A DNA stretch of 64,000 nt from Rhodosorus marinus CCMP1338 (lineage: Eukaryota > Plantae > Rhodophyta), in contig JAMWBK010000002.1 in assembly GCA_029953675.1 (NCBI GenBank), positions 682,001-746,000 of the forward strand, given 5' to 3'. Every line of letters starts with the position of its first letter. Position 1 is the first letter of the stretch. This document shows positions 25,635-38,216 of the stretch, piece after piece. The notes under the pieces were generated by a model, which was given only the letters and a program-made list of their open reading frames with translations, was not told the origin of the DNA and did no database searches. The position numbers and the translations under genes are program-made.

Positions 25635-25836
25635 CTAACTAGAATTCCGTTTGCTTCCCTCCATATTGCATCCTGAGGTTGAGCTGGACATTCTGAATCC
25701 AACCAATGGAGCCATGTGAGTGTATCGAGACTTAAAAAGGACTTGCTGGGGAACATGGAAGTAACTTTTTTCACGACCCTCATGCTTTCATCGCTCCGAA
25801 TATCGACCTGTACCGCTATTCTTCCGAGCCCTGTGC

Positions 25837-26575
25837 TCATGCAGCTTCCATATCGTTCAAAAGTCCGTCGCACGCCTCATCAAGCAAGTCGAGCACTTTC
25901 TCAAAACCATCAGACCCACCATAGTATGGATCAGGAACGGGCTTGCCCTTGTTGTTGGAAGAATAATCCAGCATCAGCGAAGTCTTCTTCTTCGCAAGAT
26001 CGAGGTATTCTGGACCCCAGTACTCAGCAGCCTTCATAATCTCCTTGTAGTTGCTCGAGTCCATCCCTAACAGCAGAGAGCAACCAGTTAGAAGTCCTCA
26101 TCTTCCAAAGCATTGCGTAACGCTGAGCTCATGGCCATTACCAATAATTCGATCGAACTTCTCCAAGTCCTCTTTGTTGAGTGGGCGAGATCTCGACGTG
26201 AGCGCAATACCTCGTTTGGCAGCAGTCTGCATCATTCGGGAATCAGAAGAGTCGCCTTCGTGGTACGACCAGCCCCCGTCAGTGAACCAATCTGGATTTC
26301 CACCTCCGGTACCGCAGGAATCGATTTCGTACGCTGCAGCTTTGCCGTCCCTGTCCACCACGGTCTGGTACCAGAGAATAACGATACTGATGAGACCAGA
26401 AGAGCTAGTCGGCCATATTTCAGACTTTGTAGAGGCTTACTTTGAACATCGCCTCTGCAGTAGGACTCCGACAGATGTTGCCAAGGCAAACGAACAAAAC
26501 GCTCGATTGACTAGACGACATTCTCACCTCGCGACGCCGTGATCCTGGACTGAACGCACTTGGCACAAATGCCAT
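25837..26575 (-). CDS. Low-molecular-weight protein tyrosine phosphatase, plastid-targeted
   Basis: VCLGNICRSPTAE P-loop, IDSCGT, FDRII/MDSSN, VPDPYYGG; MAFVPS transit peptide; 3 or more exons. Confidence 0.93.
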
Positions 26576-27213
26576 CACCAAGAAAAACAAACTCGAGGAA
26601 ACTAGGAATCCGAAATGGTTCAAACTGCCTGACGATCCAGTCCTTATCGGTATCCCAGATACCAGTCTGTCTCCAAAAGGATCCGAAGCAGTGACTCAAT
26701 CTCATCGCCATCCCGATAAGCAAAAATGGGTTGGGGACGAAGGGTGCGAGTGCCGCCCTAGGGGGGGGGAAACTCGGGAACGAGAGCCTTGATCTACGGA
26801 CCCACACCACATAAAACTCCAACTAATGACAGACATGGGGGTCCATATCCACGCAGCCCAGAGCTGGCCGGCGGGCGACAAAGTCCACGCGGGGACTCTG
26901 TCCGGTTAACGATCACAACGATTCCTCTAGGACTGCCTGGCTATGAAAAACAGGACAGTTTCAGTGGTAAAATATAGCACCATTGAGTAATCTGATTCTC
27001 ATTATCAATCAATCGCGAATATTATACCCTCTCAATGTCCTCTTCGTCAAAAGCCCAAACTTGTCCCGCCACCGTTTTCAGGACAGACTGTCGTATCGAA
27101 CTATCCAGCTCGTCAAATGTTGAATTTCAAATAAAACAGTATATAATGACTGTATCTCAATCAATATAACTTTCCGCCCGGAGCGATTAGGGTTTTGAAG
27201 ACGTGAGTGTCGC

Positions 27214-27830
27214 CTAGTCCAAATTTTTTTGTTTCTTTGGGCTTAGCTGGCATTCTGCCTGTTGATCTGGAGCTTGGCTGCGCCAAGTATCGTGGTATCT
27301 TATGACACCCACTCCTGGAATAGTTTTCAACTGGAGCAGCGATTTTTCTTTTGAAGCACGGCGACCGACGCCGGGGTCAAGGAAAGGAAATTTTCTTATG
27401 GCCGTTGTTCGGATTCCGTTTTTGCGTTGGAACGCTTCGTAGGCAGCCATTTTCCCCCAGTGTAGTCGACCCCTGAGAAGCTCGGTATTCTCTTCATCGT
27501 TCTTTCTGTCCGTCAATTTTCCTTGGACTAAGGGGCCCAGCGGATGAATGAGGAAGACAAACTGCACGTACCCGGTGGAACTTCCGAAGAGCTTTTAGGA
27601 AGCGCAAACAGTGAAGCGGAATGAGCCACCCAAGTTCTTGAGATTAGCATATCCTATAAGCATCATTTTTCTGTAGATGACAGCTGCTTGGAAGATTTGA
27701 TTCCCAGCCGACAAGGCACGGCCATGCGCTCCAACACTTGCACGCCTACATGTGAAACCGAGCGGATCCAGTTGGACTACTTCGACGTCGGGGTTTGGTG
27801 GCGGCGGCAGCTCCTGAACAAGCGGAAATG
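27214..27830 (-). CDS. Hypothetical multi-exon protein; 5' part unresolved
   Basis: Coding-like ORF 27214..27567 and a further open frame after a branch/acceptor (GCTAAC..TTCAG) near 27815. Confidence 0.4.
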
Positions 27831-27936
27831 TTAGCAGAGGGATCTTGCTTTCCTGTTCAATGTTCTGTTCAGGTTTGAACGAGGACGGGAAACTTTAATA
27901 TTCTTCCACCTGCGAAAACCTGTCTAAACGAGCACG

Positions 27937-29060
27937 ATGATTGGATTTGTGAACCCACTGGTTGCGTGCGGCGGCACTGACGCAAGGCGGCGTTCGATGA
28001 TCTGTAATGCGAAGAAACCGCGATCAAAGCGCGGGTTTTCTACGAATGGAAAAGATGAAGAACTGGAGAGGTACCTCGCACTTAATCGCCCGGCTCCCTT
28101 TCACGGCAGATTTCTTCTAACGGTCTATTCTGCTACTGCAGGATTGCTAGCGAATGGCGTAGGAAACAGAAACGAGAAGAAGAGAAGAAAACCATGAAGA
28201 AAGAGAAGGAGGAAAAAATAGCTTCGCAGCAGGCGAAACGCGCAGCGGACAAGAAGAACCGGAGTTCTTCTACCATGACAAGTGGTGATGGTGGTGCAGC
28301 ACCGACTTCGAGAAAAAATCCATATGTTGAGCCTGCAAAAAGTAGCGGACGGACAACCTTGAAGCCCGAAGAGGTCGCTGGAGTACGATTTGGTGGCTCA
28401 TTCACAATGGACATTCCCCGCACACGGGTTCCAGAGATTGCGTTTATGGGACGGTCAAATGTTGGGAAATCATCAACTATTAATTGCCTCACGGGCCTCA
28501 AAAAGAAGGTCGCGAAGACCTCAAAGCAGCCGGGAAGAACCCAGCAGATTAACTTTTTCATCCTCAGTGACGCGGAACAGCAAGATCTGGCGACGCTTGT
28601 CGATCTTCCTGGTTACGGGTTTGCTAAGATTGGCATGGAAGACCAAAGAAGCATTGAGGTCTTCCTTGAAAAGTAAGCACCAAGTGCACAGAAACTGCAC
28701 AAGCACGAAATTGGTGAAGAGCTTTAACGCTGAGAGAAAGATGCTCCATCACGTCGCAGGTATTTAAGTGATCGGGAGGAGCTCAAGCTTGTCGTTATCC
28801 TCGTCGATAGTCGAAGGGAGCCACAGGCGACGGACATTGCTCTGGTGAATACTCTTCGTCAATTCCCTTGCAAGACGCAAATAGTTATGACGAAGATAGA
28901 CCTCATGACTCCATCTAATCTCTCGAAGAATGCCCAGGCATTTGCGGAAGCCGCGGGATTAACCGATGACGACGAGGACCTTATTTTCTTCTCCGCTGTA
29001 ACTGGTCAAGGACGAGGTCTTCTCTGGCAGGCTGCTCAGGAAGCAATTGCCATGAGCTAG
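27937..29060 (+). CDS. engB: EngB/YihA (YsxC) family ribosome-biogenesis GTPase, plastid-targeted
   Basis: [15 protein letters not shown] (G1), [10 protein letters not shown] (G2), DLPGYG (G3), TKID (G4); MIGFVN transit peptide; 3 exons. Confidence 0.93.
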
Positions 29061-29446
29061 TTCAATACGGCGTCGAAATATCCTAACCGAATGACTCGAA
29101 GTACGCGCAATTGGATGAATCGCAAAGACATCGCAACGAAAAACTTATGCGACGGGAAAGAAAGGTCGTCGAAGTGCACACTCCAGGTCAGGCTCGAAAG
29201 CGGACGGGAAGGTGAGCGAGATCCAAGCGCTGACGTCGCAAAGCGGATTTCATGATTTTCCGTCCCATTTCTCCCCGCTGCCGAATGACCCTGTCCGGAC
29301 GCCAACAATGTTGTAACCGGGGGGTGCATGTCGTCCTTAAGCACTCTAAATAGAAAATTTTGTTGCGAGGAGATCAACGGCTCTTCTTCCATCTCTGGAA
29401 TTTGCCAGCAACATCCTAACACAACCCATAGAACAATACTCTTGAC

Positions 29447-29590
29447 ACTACCCTGAAGCCAACTTCACGAAATCGACTAGAAAAAAAGAAGCAATATCAT
29501 ACCACTACCCTGAAGCATGACCGTTTTGCTTATTGACTATGAGTAACTACCCTGAAGCAATATCCTATATCATTCAAATAACCCTGAAGC
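29447..29590 (+). repeat. Four dispersed direct repeats of ACCCTGAAGC (three as ACTACCCTGAAGC)
   Basis: Core copies start at 29450, 29507, 29549 and 29581. Confidence 0.9.
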
Positions 29591-29820
29591 ATTGGATGAT
29601 TTCTGAAGTTGCGAAAGAGGATGGGGTTTTGCGGCCAAGCTTGGTTTGATGAGCAGCTGGCAGATGGAAAGACTCCTTCTGCATCTAGAGTTTGCTCCTC
29701 TTTTTGATGCTTTACATGCTTAATCAGAACAGAACTGACTGTTTATGTTTTGTGCGAGTGGGCAGTATGACAGCAAGATAGACGGAGACGCGGGGTTTGA
29801 GTTCGAGTGGTTTTCACAAA

Positions 29821-31264
29821 ATGCTGATTGTGTTGGGCATTGCGGTTCTATCGATCGCGGTACTGTGCGTCTTGGTCAGGTATATTGGGCTTCGGACAAG
29901 GAATGGAAGGCTAAGAGCGACGGTGGTTGTTCTCGGAGATGTGGAGAGGTCTCCGAGGATCCGAAGGCAGGCTGTTGAGTTGGTGGATGATGACTGGGAG
30001 GTCACTTTGGTAGGGTACATTGAACCAGGCTCCAAGTTGAAGGATGGCGACTCTATCGACGGTTTCACATTGCGGAATGCACCGTACGGGTTCGTCGTGC
30101 GGGCTAGAGGGATCATGTACTTCGCTCTTGCAGGGCTTGCAGCGATATACAGAGCTTTTGCCCTGTTGGTCCTTCTGTTTAGACTACCCGTGCAAGACGT
30201 AGGGAAACTCCTCGAACAAGAATTTCCCTTCCATGGATCTAGCACTAACCCAAAACATCGCTCACACGAACTTTGTTTCGATGCAGATCTTTCTGATCCA
30301 GAATCCACCGTGCATTCCAACGTTCCTTGTTGTCATTATCGTGATGGCTATTCGCCACCCCAGGGCGTCACTAGTTATCGATTGGCACAACCTCGCCTAC
30401 ACCATCATGAGCTCTAATCCACGCGTTCCTGCCGCTGCAGTCCGATTGGCAGAGGTTTACGAGCAAGTCTTTAGCCACTTCGCTGACGCGCACTTCTCGG
30501 TCACCAACGCCCTCGCTTCGTTCTTGCACCGGAGCTTCGGAATTAAAAATGTGGCTGTTCTTCCAGATCGGCCCAGTACGATCTTCAGGCCTGGGCTTGC
30601 ACTTCCGGAGAGTCTGCGCTGCAGCCTCGGTAATGACCTCATGGACGGACGGGGAGCGCTGGCAATCACGTCCACCAGTTGGACACCTGATGAAAATTTT
30701 TCCGTACTGCTTCATGCGCTTCCGCTCATCGACCGCCAACTATGCGCTCCAGCGGGGAAGCGTCACATGCCTTCATCGCTCACGATCCTTATCACCGGGA
30801 AGGGCCCGCTCCGAAGTCAGTTCGAGGAGAAGTTATCTAGCCTATCGCTTCGAAGAGTCACAGTGAAAACGGTCTGGCTGAGATATGAAGACTACGTCGC
30901 GTGCTTAAGCGCTTCAGACTTTGGAATCTCTTTCCACTTCTCAAGCTCGGGTCTTGACCTACCAATGAAAGCTCTCGACATGCTCGGGTGCGGTCTCCCA
31001 GTGCTCTCGCCCAGCTACCCGTCCGTGTCTGAACTCATTGAGGACGGAAGGAACGGACTATTGTTCAAAACTCCAGTAGAGCTCGCTGAACATATCACAA
31101 TGCTTCTGTCCGACTGGCCAAAAGGAGAGGTCCTCAACAGCCTGAAGAAGACTGCCGAGGGCTGGTTCGCAGAGCCGCAAGACAAATGGCGGCCGACTTG
31201 GCTCGCCACAGCTAGGCCTATTCTACGGGGACTAGTTGAGGAGAAGACGTTGAAAGGATCTTAA
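29821..31264 (+). CDS. ALG1: Chitobiosyl-PP-dolichol beta-1,4-mannosyltransferase ALG1
   Basis: N-terminal TM, VLGD..RSPR, QNPPCIPT, IDWHN, STSWTPDENF, SSSGLDLPMK; one intron near 30199-30286. Confidence 0.92.
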
Positions 31265-31320
31265 GGAGTCATCGAACGCACCCACAAATGAATGTCAACA
31301 GACGGTTCGTAGTCAGAAGC

Positions 31321-32392
31321 TTAGAATTGAAGCGGCATGTGATCGCCAACTTGTGAACCGTCTGGTAGCTGATAGTGCCAGTCAGGTGTGCAAAAGAATA
31401 CGGCAGACGTTCTCGTTCCCTCGTTTGGAGCGGACGCAACCCTGTGTACACCAGCGCGGAACTGCCCGATTGACATCATCTGCCCGAAGCGACCGACGAT
31501 GCAAAGGATTTTCTCATCGCAGTTGGTCGCCTGCATTGCATTGGAACACAAGAGAAACACACAGACCTGATAAGTCGACGAAAAACGCCTCCCGTGGGGT
31601 GTGTCCTTCGTTTCCATTCCAACCTTGACCCACTGATTGAAACTTCACGAAGAAAAGAGACAAGAGAGGGTCTTAGGGACTAGGCTTTTTTTATTCCCAC
31701 TCAAAATCGAAAAGAAGAAACTGGGATTTTCAATGTGCCACGTACTCTTCGAGAAAGATCTCAAGACCGGCAGTCTTGTCCTGGATCAGCAGGCTAACAG
31801 ATGTTAGGTCGATGTGGTCGCGAAAGCGATCCTCGGATCCTGTGCTCACACCTGGGTAGAGCTTAACCTCCAACTCTGAATCCGCGTTTCCATGCGCAAA
31901 CGTAGATGGCAGGTCTATGGAAGAGAGCACAGACATGGCAGCCTGATGGGCAAAGTTGAAGTAATCCAGGCATGCCGGTCGCAGCTTTGGGTACTCATTC
32001 GGCCACTTGTTCCTCCGACTGCTGGCTTCCATCCAAAGTTCGGTGGGAGAATCAATGGATTCGAAATAGGCCTGTCGGAACTTCTCCGGGTGGGTCGCTT
32101 CGCGGCCGATGTTGAAACATTGTACTCCGGTGTCTGTGGTGCCTGAGAACCTGTAGAAACCTCGCTTTTGACTGCCGTCAATTGTTTCGACTCTTGATTT
32201 CGCCTGATCGTCTGCTTCTCCCAGAAAGATCCTCCCTTCACGAAGCACGTTTGCAGGAAGCGAGCGCAGACCCCCTGGAAGGGCGAGATACGCAAACCCG
32301 GAGCTCGACAGACTTGACTTGAGTGCTTCTTTGGACGCCGGAGCTACAAAAGGCCCCAACTTGCCGAGCTGTAGCTCTATAGTGTGAATCAT
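31321..32392 (-). CDS. 2-oxoglutarate/Fe(II)-dependent dioxygenase (IPNS-like fold)
   Basis: DHIDLTSVSLLIQD..GLEI (HxD), VHRV and RTS (distal H and RxS) motifs; two exons. Confidence 0.88.
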
Positions 32393-32901
32393 CACGTTTC
32401 GTCCCTATCAAGCCTTGTAGGCTGCCGAACACTTCCAATGGAGCTCTCGTCGCAGAAGCAAACGGGCCGGGCTGACGAGGCCGCTTTTGTTGCCGGTCCT
32501 CATTTCCGCGGTTCGGGCTGACTGAGAGCTGAGAGCTCGCACGGTTGATTCCGTAACGAAACTGGCAGCTTGTGGTTGTTTGAACCGCTCTTTTTAATAA
32601 GACAAATTACTAAAGATGAAAAAAATCAAAGGAAAATTTTTGCGTCGAAACGCACACGGTCTATCTCAGAACTACCGCATACCCACAAACGTAAAACAGA
32701 TACGATTATGCAGCGTTCTCATGTAGATGGGTTCCCCGGGTCTGTCGCAGTGTCTCATGCCGATCGCGTCAAAGCTTCCTCGTCGATGACTTGCGTCTCA
32801 ACAATGGTTCCAATCGACACACGGATGGCGGGTGCCGAGACAACGTTACAGAGAGACGAAGAATGCGCCTTTCTTGCCACTTGCTGTTCTGCTGAAAGCT
32901 A

Positions 32902-34761
32902 CTATAATGGGACGTGGCCAGTTCCCCCGCAGTTTATGCATGGAACCTCGATAAACTTGCAACTCATCGCTTGATTGGGAGTCGCGGGTCCGCAGTCCAT
33001 CTTGATGATAAATCCTGTCGTAGCACATTTCTCGCAGTCCCTGAATTCTCCGGCGCCAGCCATTGCCGGGACCGGTTTCGCGGCCGGAACTCCTTCGGGT
33101 ATAGCCGCAGGCACGGCAACAGGCACAGGTTTAACCTTGGTATCTGGCATGCCAAGTCGCCACATCGGCAGCAGAAGGACAACTGCAATCGCACTGAAGC
33201 AAAGCAAGGAGGCAACATATGCCCCCCAGCCGAAATTCGTCACAATCTTCGTTAGCGGGAACCCAGCCACAGACGCACCAAGATAAGCAATCCAGCCCAG
33301 CAGGCCTATGGCAGAACTGACGGCACTCTTATCCACAATTTCAGCTCCAGCTAGCCCCACAAGCATCTGCGGACCATAAATAAAGAAGCCGATGCAGAAG
33401 ACACTGAGCCAGCTTACATATCTCCAGCTTCCCGGAACGTAGTAGAACCCGACCAGCGATGCCATCACTCCAAGCAACCACAGGATGATCACAGGGATAC
33501 GACGGCCTCTCATCATGCGGTCGCTGGCCCAGCCACTTGTCAAGGAGCCCAACAGGCCCCCGATCTCCATTCCTGAGACTCGAAACGCTGCCTCCTGGGC
33601 ATTTCCTACCATTTTGAAGTCAAGAAGAAAGATATGTGCCCATGAAGATACACCCTGCCGCACAAAGTATACGAAAAAGTACGAAACCGCCAGCAGCCAA
33701 ATGTAGGGGTTGGAGATCACATGAGTCTTTAGCGTCTTCCATGCGCTGCCCTGTTCCTTGGATCCCTTCTTAGTCGCTGGTTTCGAATCCGCTGTGGCTT
33801 CGTCCTTGAAAACATCTACGGGAGGCAGACCGACATCGCCGGGAGTGTCGCGGATCCTGTTGTAGAGGAACAAGCTCATGACAATGGCGATCGATCCCGG
33901 AACAATCATGCCGTACTGCCATCCGAAGGCTCTAACGCAATAACCAGCAACAAGTGGAATAAAGAACCCGCCGGTATTGTGTGATGTGTTCCAGAAACCC
34001 CACCACGTCCCTCTCTCAGACTTCGCGTACCAGGTCGTGAGCAGCTTGGCACAAGGCGGAGCACCGAAACCCTGGAAAACTCCGTTCAGGGCCCAGAGGG
34101 GAATCATAAACATTAGCGATGTCTGGAATCCGAATAGGATGTTAATTACGCCAGTCATTGCGAGGCCAAAAGCAAGAAAAGTCCTCGTGGAGAACCTACA
34201 AGTAAATCGTTGAGGATGCAGTCAGTATCGGGATGGATCTGCTGCCCAATCGAGTGCTTGAGGACCCTTCTCGTACCGATCAGATAGAACTCCTGAGATC
34301 AACTTGGAGAATCCATAGCAAAGCGGAAAAACTGATGTGATCACCCCAAGTTGTTCGAGCGAGAGCCCGAGCGCCGCTCTCATTCCAGGCGCAGTGTACG
34401 TAAAGCTGTTTCTGGTGAAGTAGAACGTCGCATATCCGATGAAGATCGAATAAAAGGTCCTTATTCTCCACTTTTTGTACTTGTCGTCGATCTCAGGGTC
34501 AGACCCCTCTATGGCCGTCAAGTTCACAGGCACATCGTCCACTTCCCTCACGATCGCTGATCTTTTGTCCGCACTATCGCCATCGGCCGGAATCGCGGCT
34601 GTCATTCGTGGCCCTCCCGTCAACCTACATCTTCTATCCCTCACTCCTCCAACAGGCCGTCTCCATCTTCTTCCCACTCTCTCTCCCACAAAACCGCCAC
34701 CATCCCCTCTCAACCCGCTCCCTCCAGCGCCCACAAAGGCGACTCCTCCTTCCGCCGCCAT
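32902..34761 (-). CDS. uhpC: UhpC-type hexose-phosphate transporter (MFS OPA family), plastid-targeted, with C-terminal Pro/Ala linker and Cys-rich extension
   Basis: Intron 34196-34276; WRIRTFYSIFIGYATFYFTRNSF, WYAKSERGTWWGFWNTSHNTGG, YGPQMLVGL; transit peptide with AFV motif. Confidence 0.93.
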
Positions 34762-37700
34762 CTCAGCAGATCCCAGGACAAACCCCCTCCCCTCCCCTCC
34801 CCTCCCCTCCCCCCACCTCCCAACCCTATTGAAAACTAAAACTCTAGCCCAATTTCAAAACACACTACCGCCTCCCTCCCACCACCCCTCTCCTATCTCT
34901 CACCACTATCCACTCGTCTCTCTCTCTCTAGTCCACAGCTCAGTACAAGACCGCCTTACTTTTACATCTCTAGACATACAGGATCCTTACTCTGCTCCTC
35001 CCAATACGAAGAAACCTTTTGCGCTCTCACACTTAACCCTTTCTCTCTCTCCCCATCCGCAAAACGAAAACCCTTGCGAGGCAATCCAACTGATCAAGTA
35101 TAGCGTCAGGACCCAAACTCCCAATTCATAACGTATCCTCCCCCCCCCCCAACCCAACCCCCCCCCCTATCCAAAAAAGGAAGGGAAGGGGGGGGTAGGT
35201 ATTGATGCCGAATGTCAAGCGAAACAGAAACCTGAACATTTTTCAAAAACATTCACTTAATAAATGTCCATGGACGCTGTTCCTTCTTCTTTTACAGGGG
35301 GGGGGGGAAGATATTTTCATTCGGTCGTGAACCCTATTTATCGTACATCTGCACGGGTACCGGCTCAGTTCTGCGCCGGAAACGGTTTAGAAAATACTGG
35401 ATTTGCCAAAAAAGAAACGGACTATTACGGGTAGTAAGTAACCAAATAATTGTAGAGGCTATGCTTACCGCTACCGGGTAGAATAGAGAACTTCTTCATG
35501 TAGGATATATTATGAAAATATTTGAGGATGATGGTTGTAAGTTAGGGGGGGGATAAGACCAGCACGTCTAGATGGGAGAGCCCTAGTTGTGGGCATTTCA
35601 AGGGGGAAGGTTGATCAGCGGCGTGTACTTATCAACGTAAATTTTGACCATGATGTTCGACAAGAAATTTGCCTGTTATTACAGGGATATACTGTACACG
35701 GTAGAACATTTGTATCGTTTTCTTTCATTACGCCTCGTCAACTATCGTTAAACTACTCAGATCGTAGATAACCTCTCAAAAATCTGATACCTTCTGTGTC
35801 TTGCCTTGCCAAGAATTGTTTTTGTTTTTTGGTTTTTTGTTGGCCGGATTGACTATTTCTAACAGTTTGTTTTTTTTCCGCCAGAGACAGAAAATGAGTC
35901 AATTTCTTGAAATGGGGTTTTCTTGTTGCAAACGCTTGCGCGATTTCCAGCGGTCGTCAACGACCGTTCTCAAAAAAGGAGAACAAGGTGAAAAATGGCA
36001 CAACCGAAAAAAAAAACAAAAAACGACGGGATGAAGAAAATGGCAAAGTGGAGAATCTGTGGTGACTGAGATTCAGTCAATTCAAAATGGACCGGAAAAA
36101 ATTAGGATTTGAGGTGGGGGGTGGTTTTGCTGCGCGGTACTCCCCTTTGAGGATTGCTTTGTCCTGCTGTGGTTTGGGGGAGTCGACGGTGCTGTAGCCC
36201 GCTGAACCGAATAAGCGAGGTTGTTTCTGAGCTACTCTCAGAGAACGCAAGATCGCGATTGTGTGACAAATTTTCGGGACCAGTATGATCAGGCCAAACC
36301 ACTGAGCAAGAGTTTGCGAAGATTGCCGCGCAGTGTAAGACCTTGGGGGTTCCTAGATGCTTGGTTGCACAGTTTCATTCGACGCATATGAACACCGACT
36401 ACGTCGCGGTTTCTGAAGCTCCAGCACCATAGCTACGTAGCTGAGAGAGAGCCGTTCGTCCGCTTCTTATAGTACCCGCCCGGGCAGAGCTGGCAATTCC
36501 AACTCGTACGAACACGTACCGCTTGGAGACGTGGGGCAAATTTCATCAGCCTGGTTTCCACGCGAGGTCTCAGTAATCTCTTGTACTAATTACTACCCTG
36601 CACTATTCGTGCCTTCCACGTCCCGCAACCTGGTGAGCCAGCAGCGTACCATTTGCAAAAGACTCCTCTAAGATTGCATTAACCAGGTATACAAACTAAT
36701 TTAAGAACCTTGACAACTTGAAATAAAGCAAATCCGTCGTTCCCGTTGGTTTGACAGGCTAAATACCATCGTACTTCTTTACTTCTGAAACCTTAGTCTT
36801 GTCTAGTCCATTCTCTTTTTCTTTTGAAAACGATAGTTGAAAAGCAAAACGTGAAGCTTCGAAAGCGTGAAAAGGGCGACTGGAATGGGGGGGGGAGAGT
36901 GGGGAAGATGTTGGGATGCAACTACAGACGAACCAGAGGGGAACTGGCTTCAGGAGGTTTCCTCATTTATTCGATAAGTCCTTCCTTGGTCAAAGTTTAC
37001 GTTTCCTAGAACAGTTCTTCTTATTGTGGCGCATGACTTTCGATAACCTCACGTCCGATCGCGGAAACTCCGTCCACTCCTTTCGGTTCGACAAGGCGTT
37101 CTAACAGCATCAAGTTCTCGTGCTTCAAAGCCAATAGCGAACCCCTCTGCAAGAGATCAACGAAGTGGGTGATACTTTAGAAAGCACAATATGTATTTCT
37201 TGCTCGATTCACCTAGAATTTTCCATCCCAAAAATCTAGAAAAAGTATGAACTAACGCGTCGAATTTCTCGTGCTCAACCCGCCCTCTACCCCCCGATGT
37301 CAACCCCAAGATACAATCATTCTCGTGAGGGTTTCCAAAAGGCCAACAAACGGTTTAATAACTTCACTAAAAGAATAAAAATACAGAAGACAGAACTTAG
37401 TTACTTGCATACAAAGGGGTGTGAATATTTCAGCTCGGCATCAGTACCAATCCAACCAGAGGGGTCAGAGGACTCGATAATAATTGAGCTTTTGATTGTT
37501 GAATACTTTCGTTGCTGGTACAGTTATTTCCTGGTACAAACCAGTTTTTGGTAGTTTTTGAGTTGATGTGTCTCAGACATGTAATGAATGGGACATGATC
37601 AGGTTTTGGAATGTCCCAGAAAATGTCTGTTCTCTTGTACGACAGGGAGCAGTCATACAGCTGGCTTTCCCTGTTGGATTTTTTGCCTGTGCCTGTGGAA

Positions 37701-38216
37701 GACTTTGATGAAAAAGGGCATAAGGAACTTTTCTGGTTTTGCTTCCTAATTTCTTGTTTGGGGAGGGGGAAGGAGCGCAGGAATGTCCAGAGATACAAAT
37801 GTCCAAGTAGCAGTGCTGTGTCATGTGGAAGGGTTTCAGAGGAATAAGGAGGGGGAGGAGGGGGAGGAGGGAAGGAGGAGGGTAGATTGTTGGTTAGGAT
37901 TGTTGGGTGGTGAGGTGAAGGATCTTGTTCAACGCTTCTTGTTGAGTCCTGGGAGCTTTTGGGTTTAGTCGTGTTTTTAAGGGAAGTGATTGGATGGGTG
38001 TTCTCTGTTAGAGTAGGGAGAACTGAGTGAGGGTCGGGATAGGACTGGTAGCACTCTGAGAGGAGGGTGCAGGGTGACGTTTGGGAGCGGGGGCTTGGGT
38101 TTCCGGATTTTCGACGGTTTTTTTTTTTTGTTTGGTCGTGATTTCCGTTTCGTGTGAAGCTTGGTAGAAAAAGGAGAGTTGGTTCGGGGAACGCTAACGA
38201 GGGGCAACTGTTGAGG

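Noticed and set aside
29057-29422. 121-aa minus-strand ORF abutting the EngB stop
   Set aside because: No recognisable motif and non-ATG start in the track; cannot be supported beyond a chance ORF
29447-29590. CRISPR-like repeat-spacer or telomere-variant reading of the ACCCTGAAGC array
   Set aside because: Repeat is only 10-13 bp, spacing is irregular, there are no cas genes, the context is eukaryotic, and the copies are not tandem
34475-35131. 218-aa plus-strand ORF
   Set aside because: Antisense to UhpC exon 1 and its leader; low complexity
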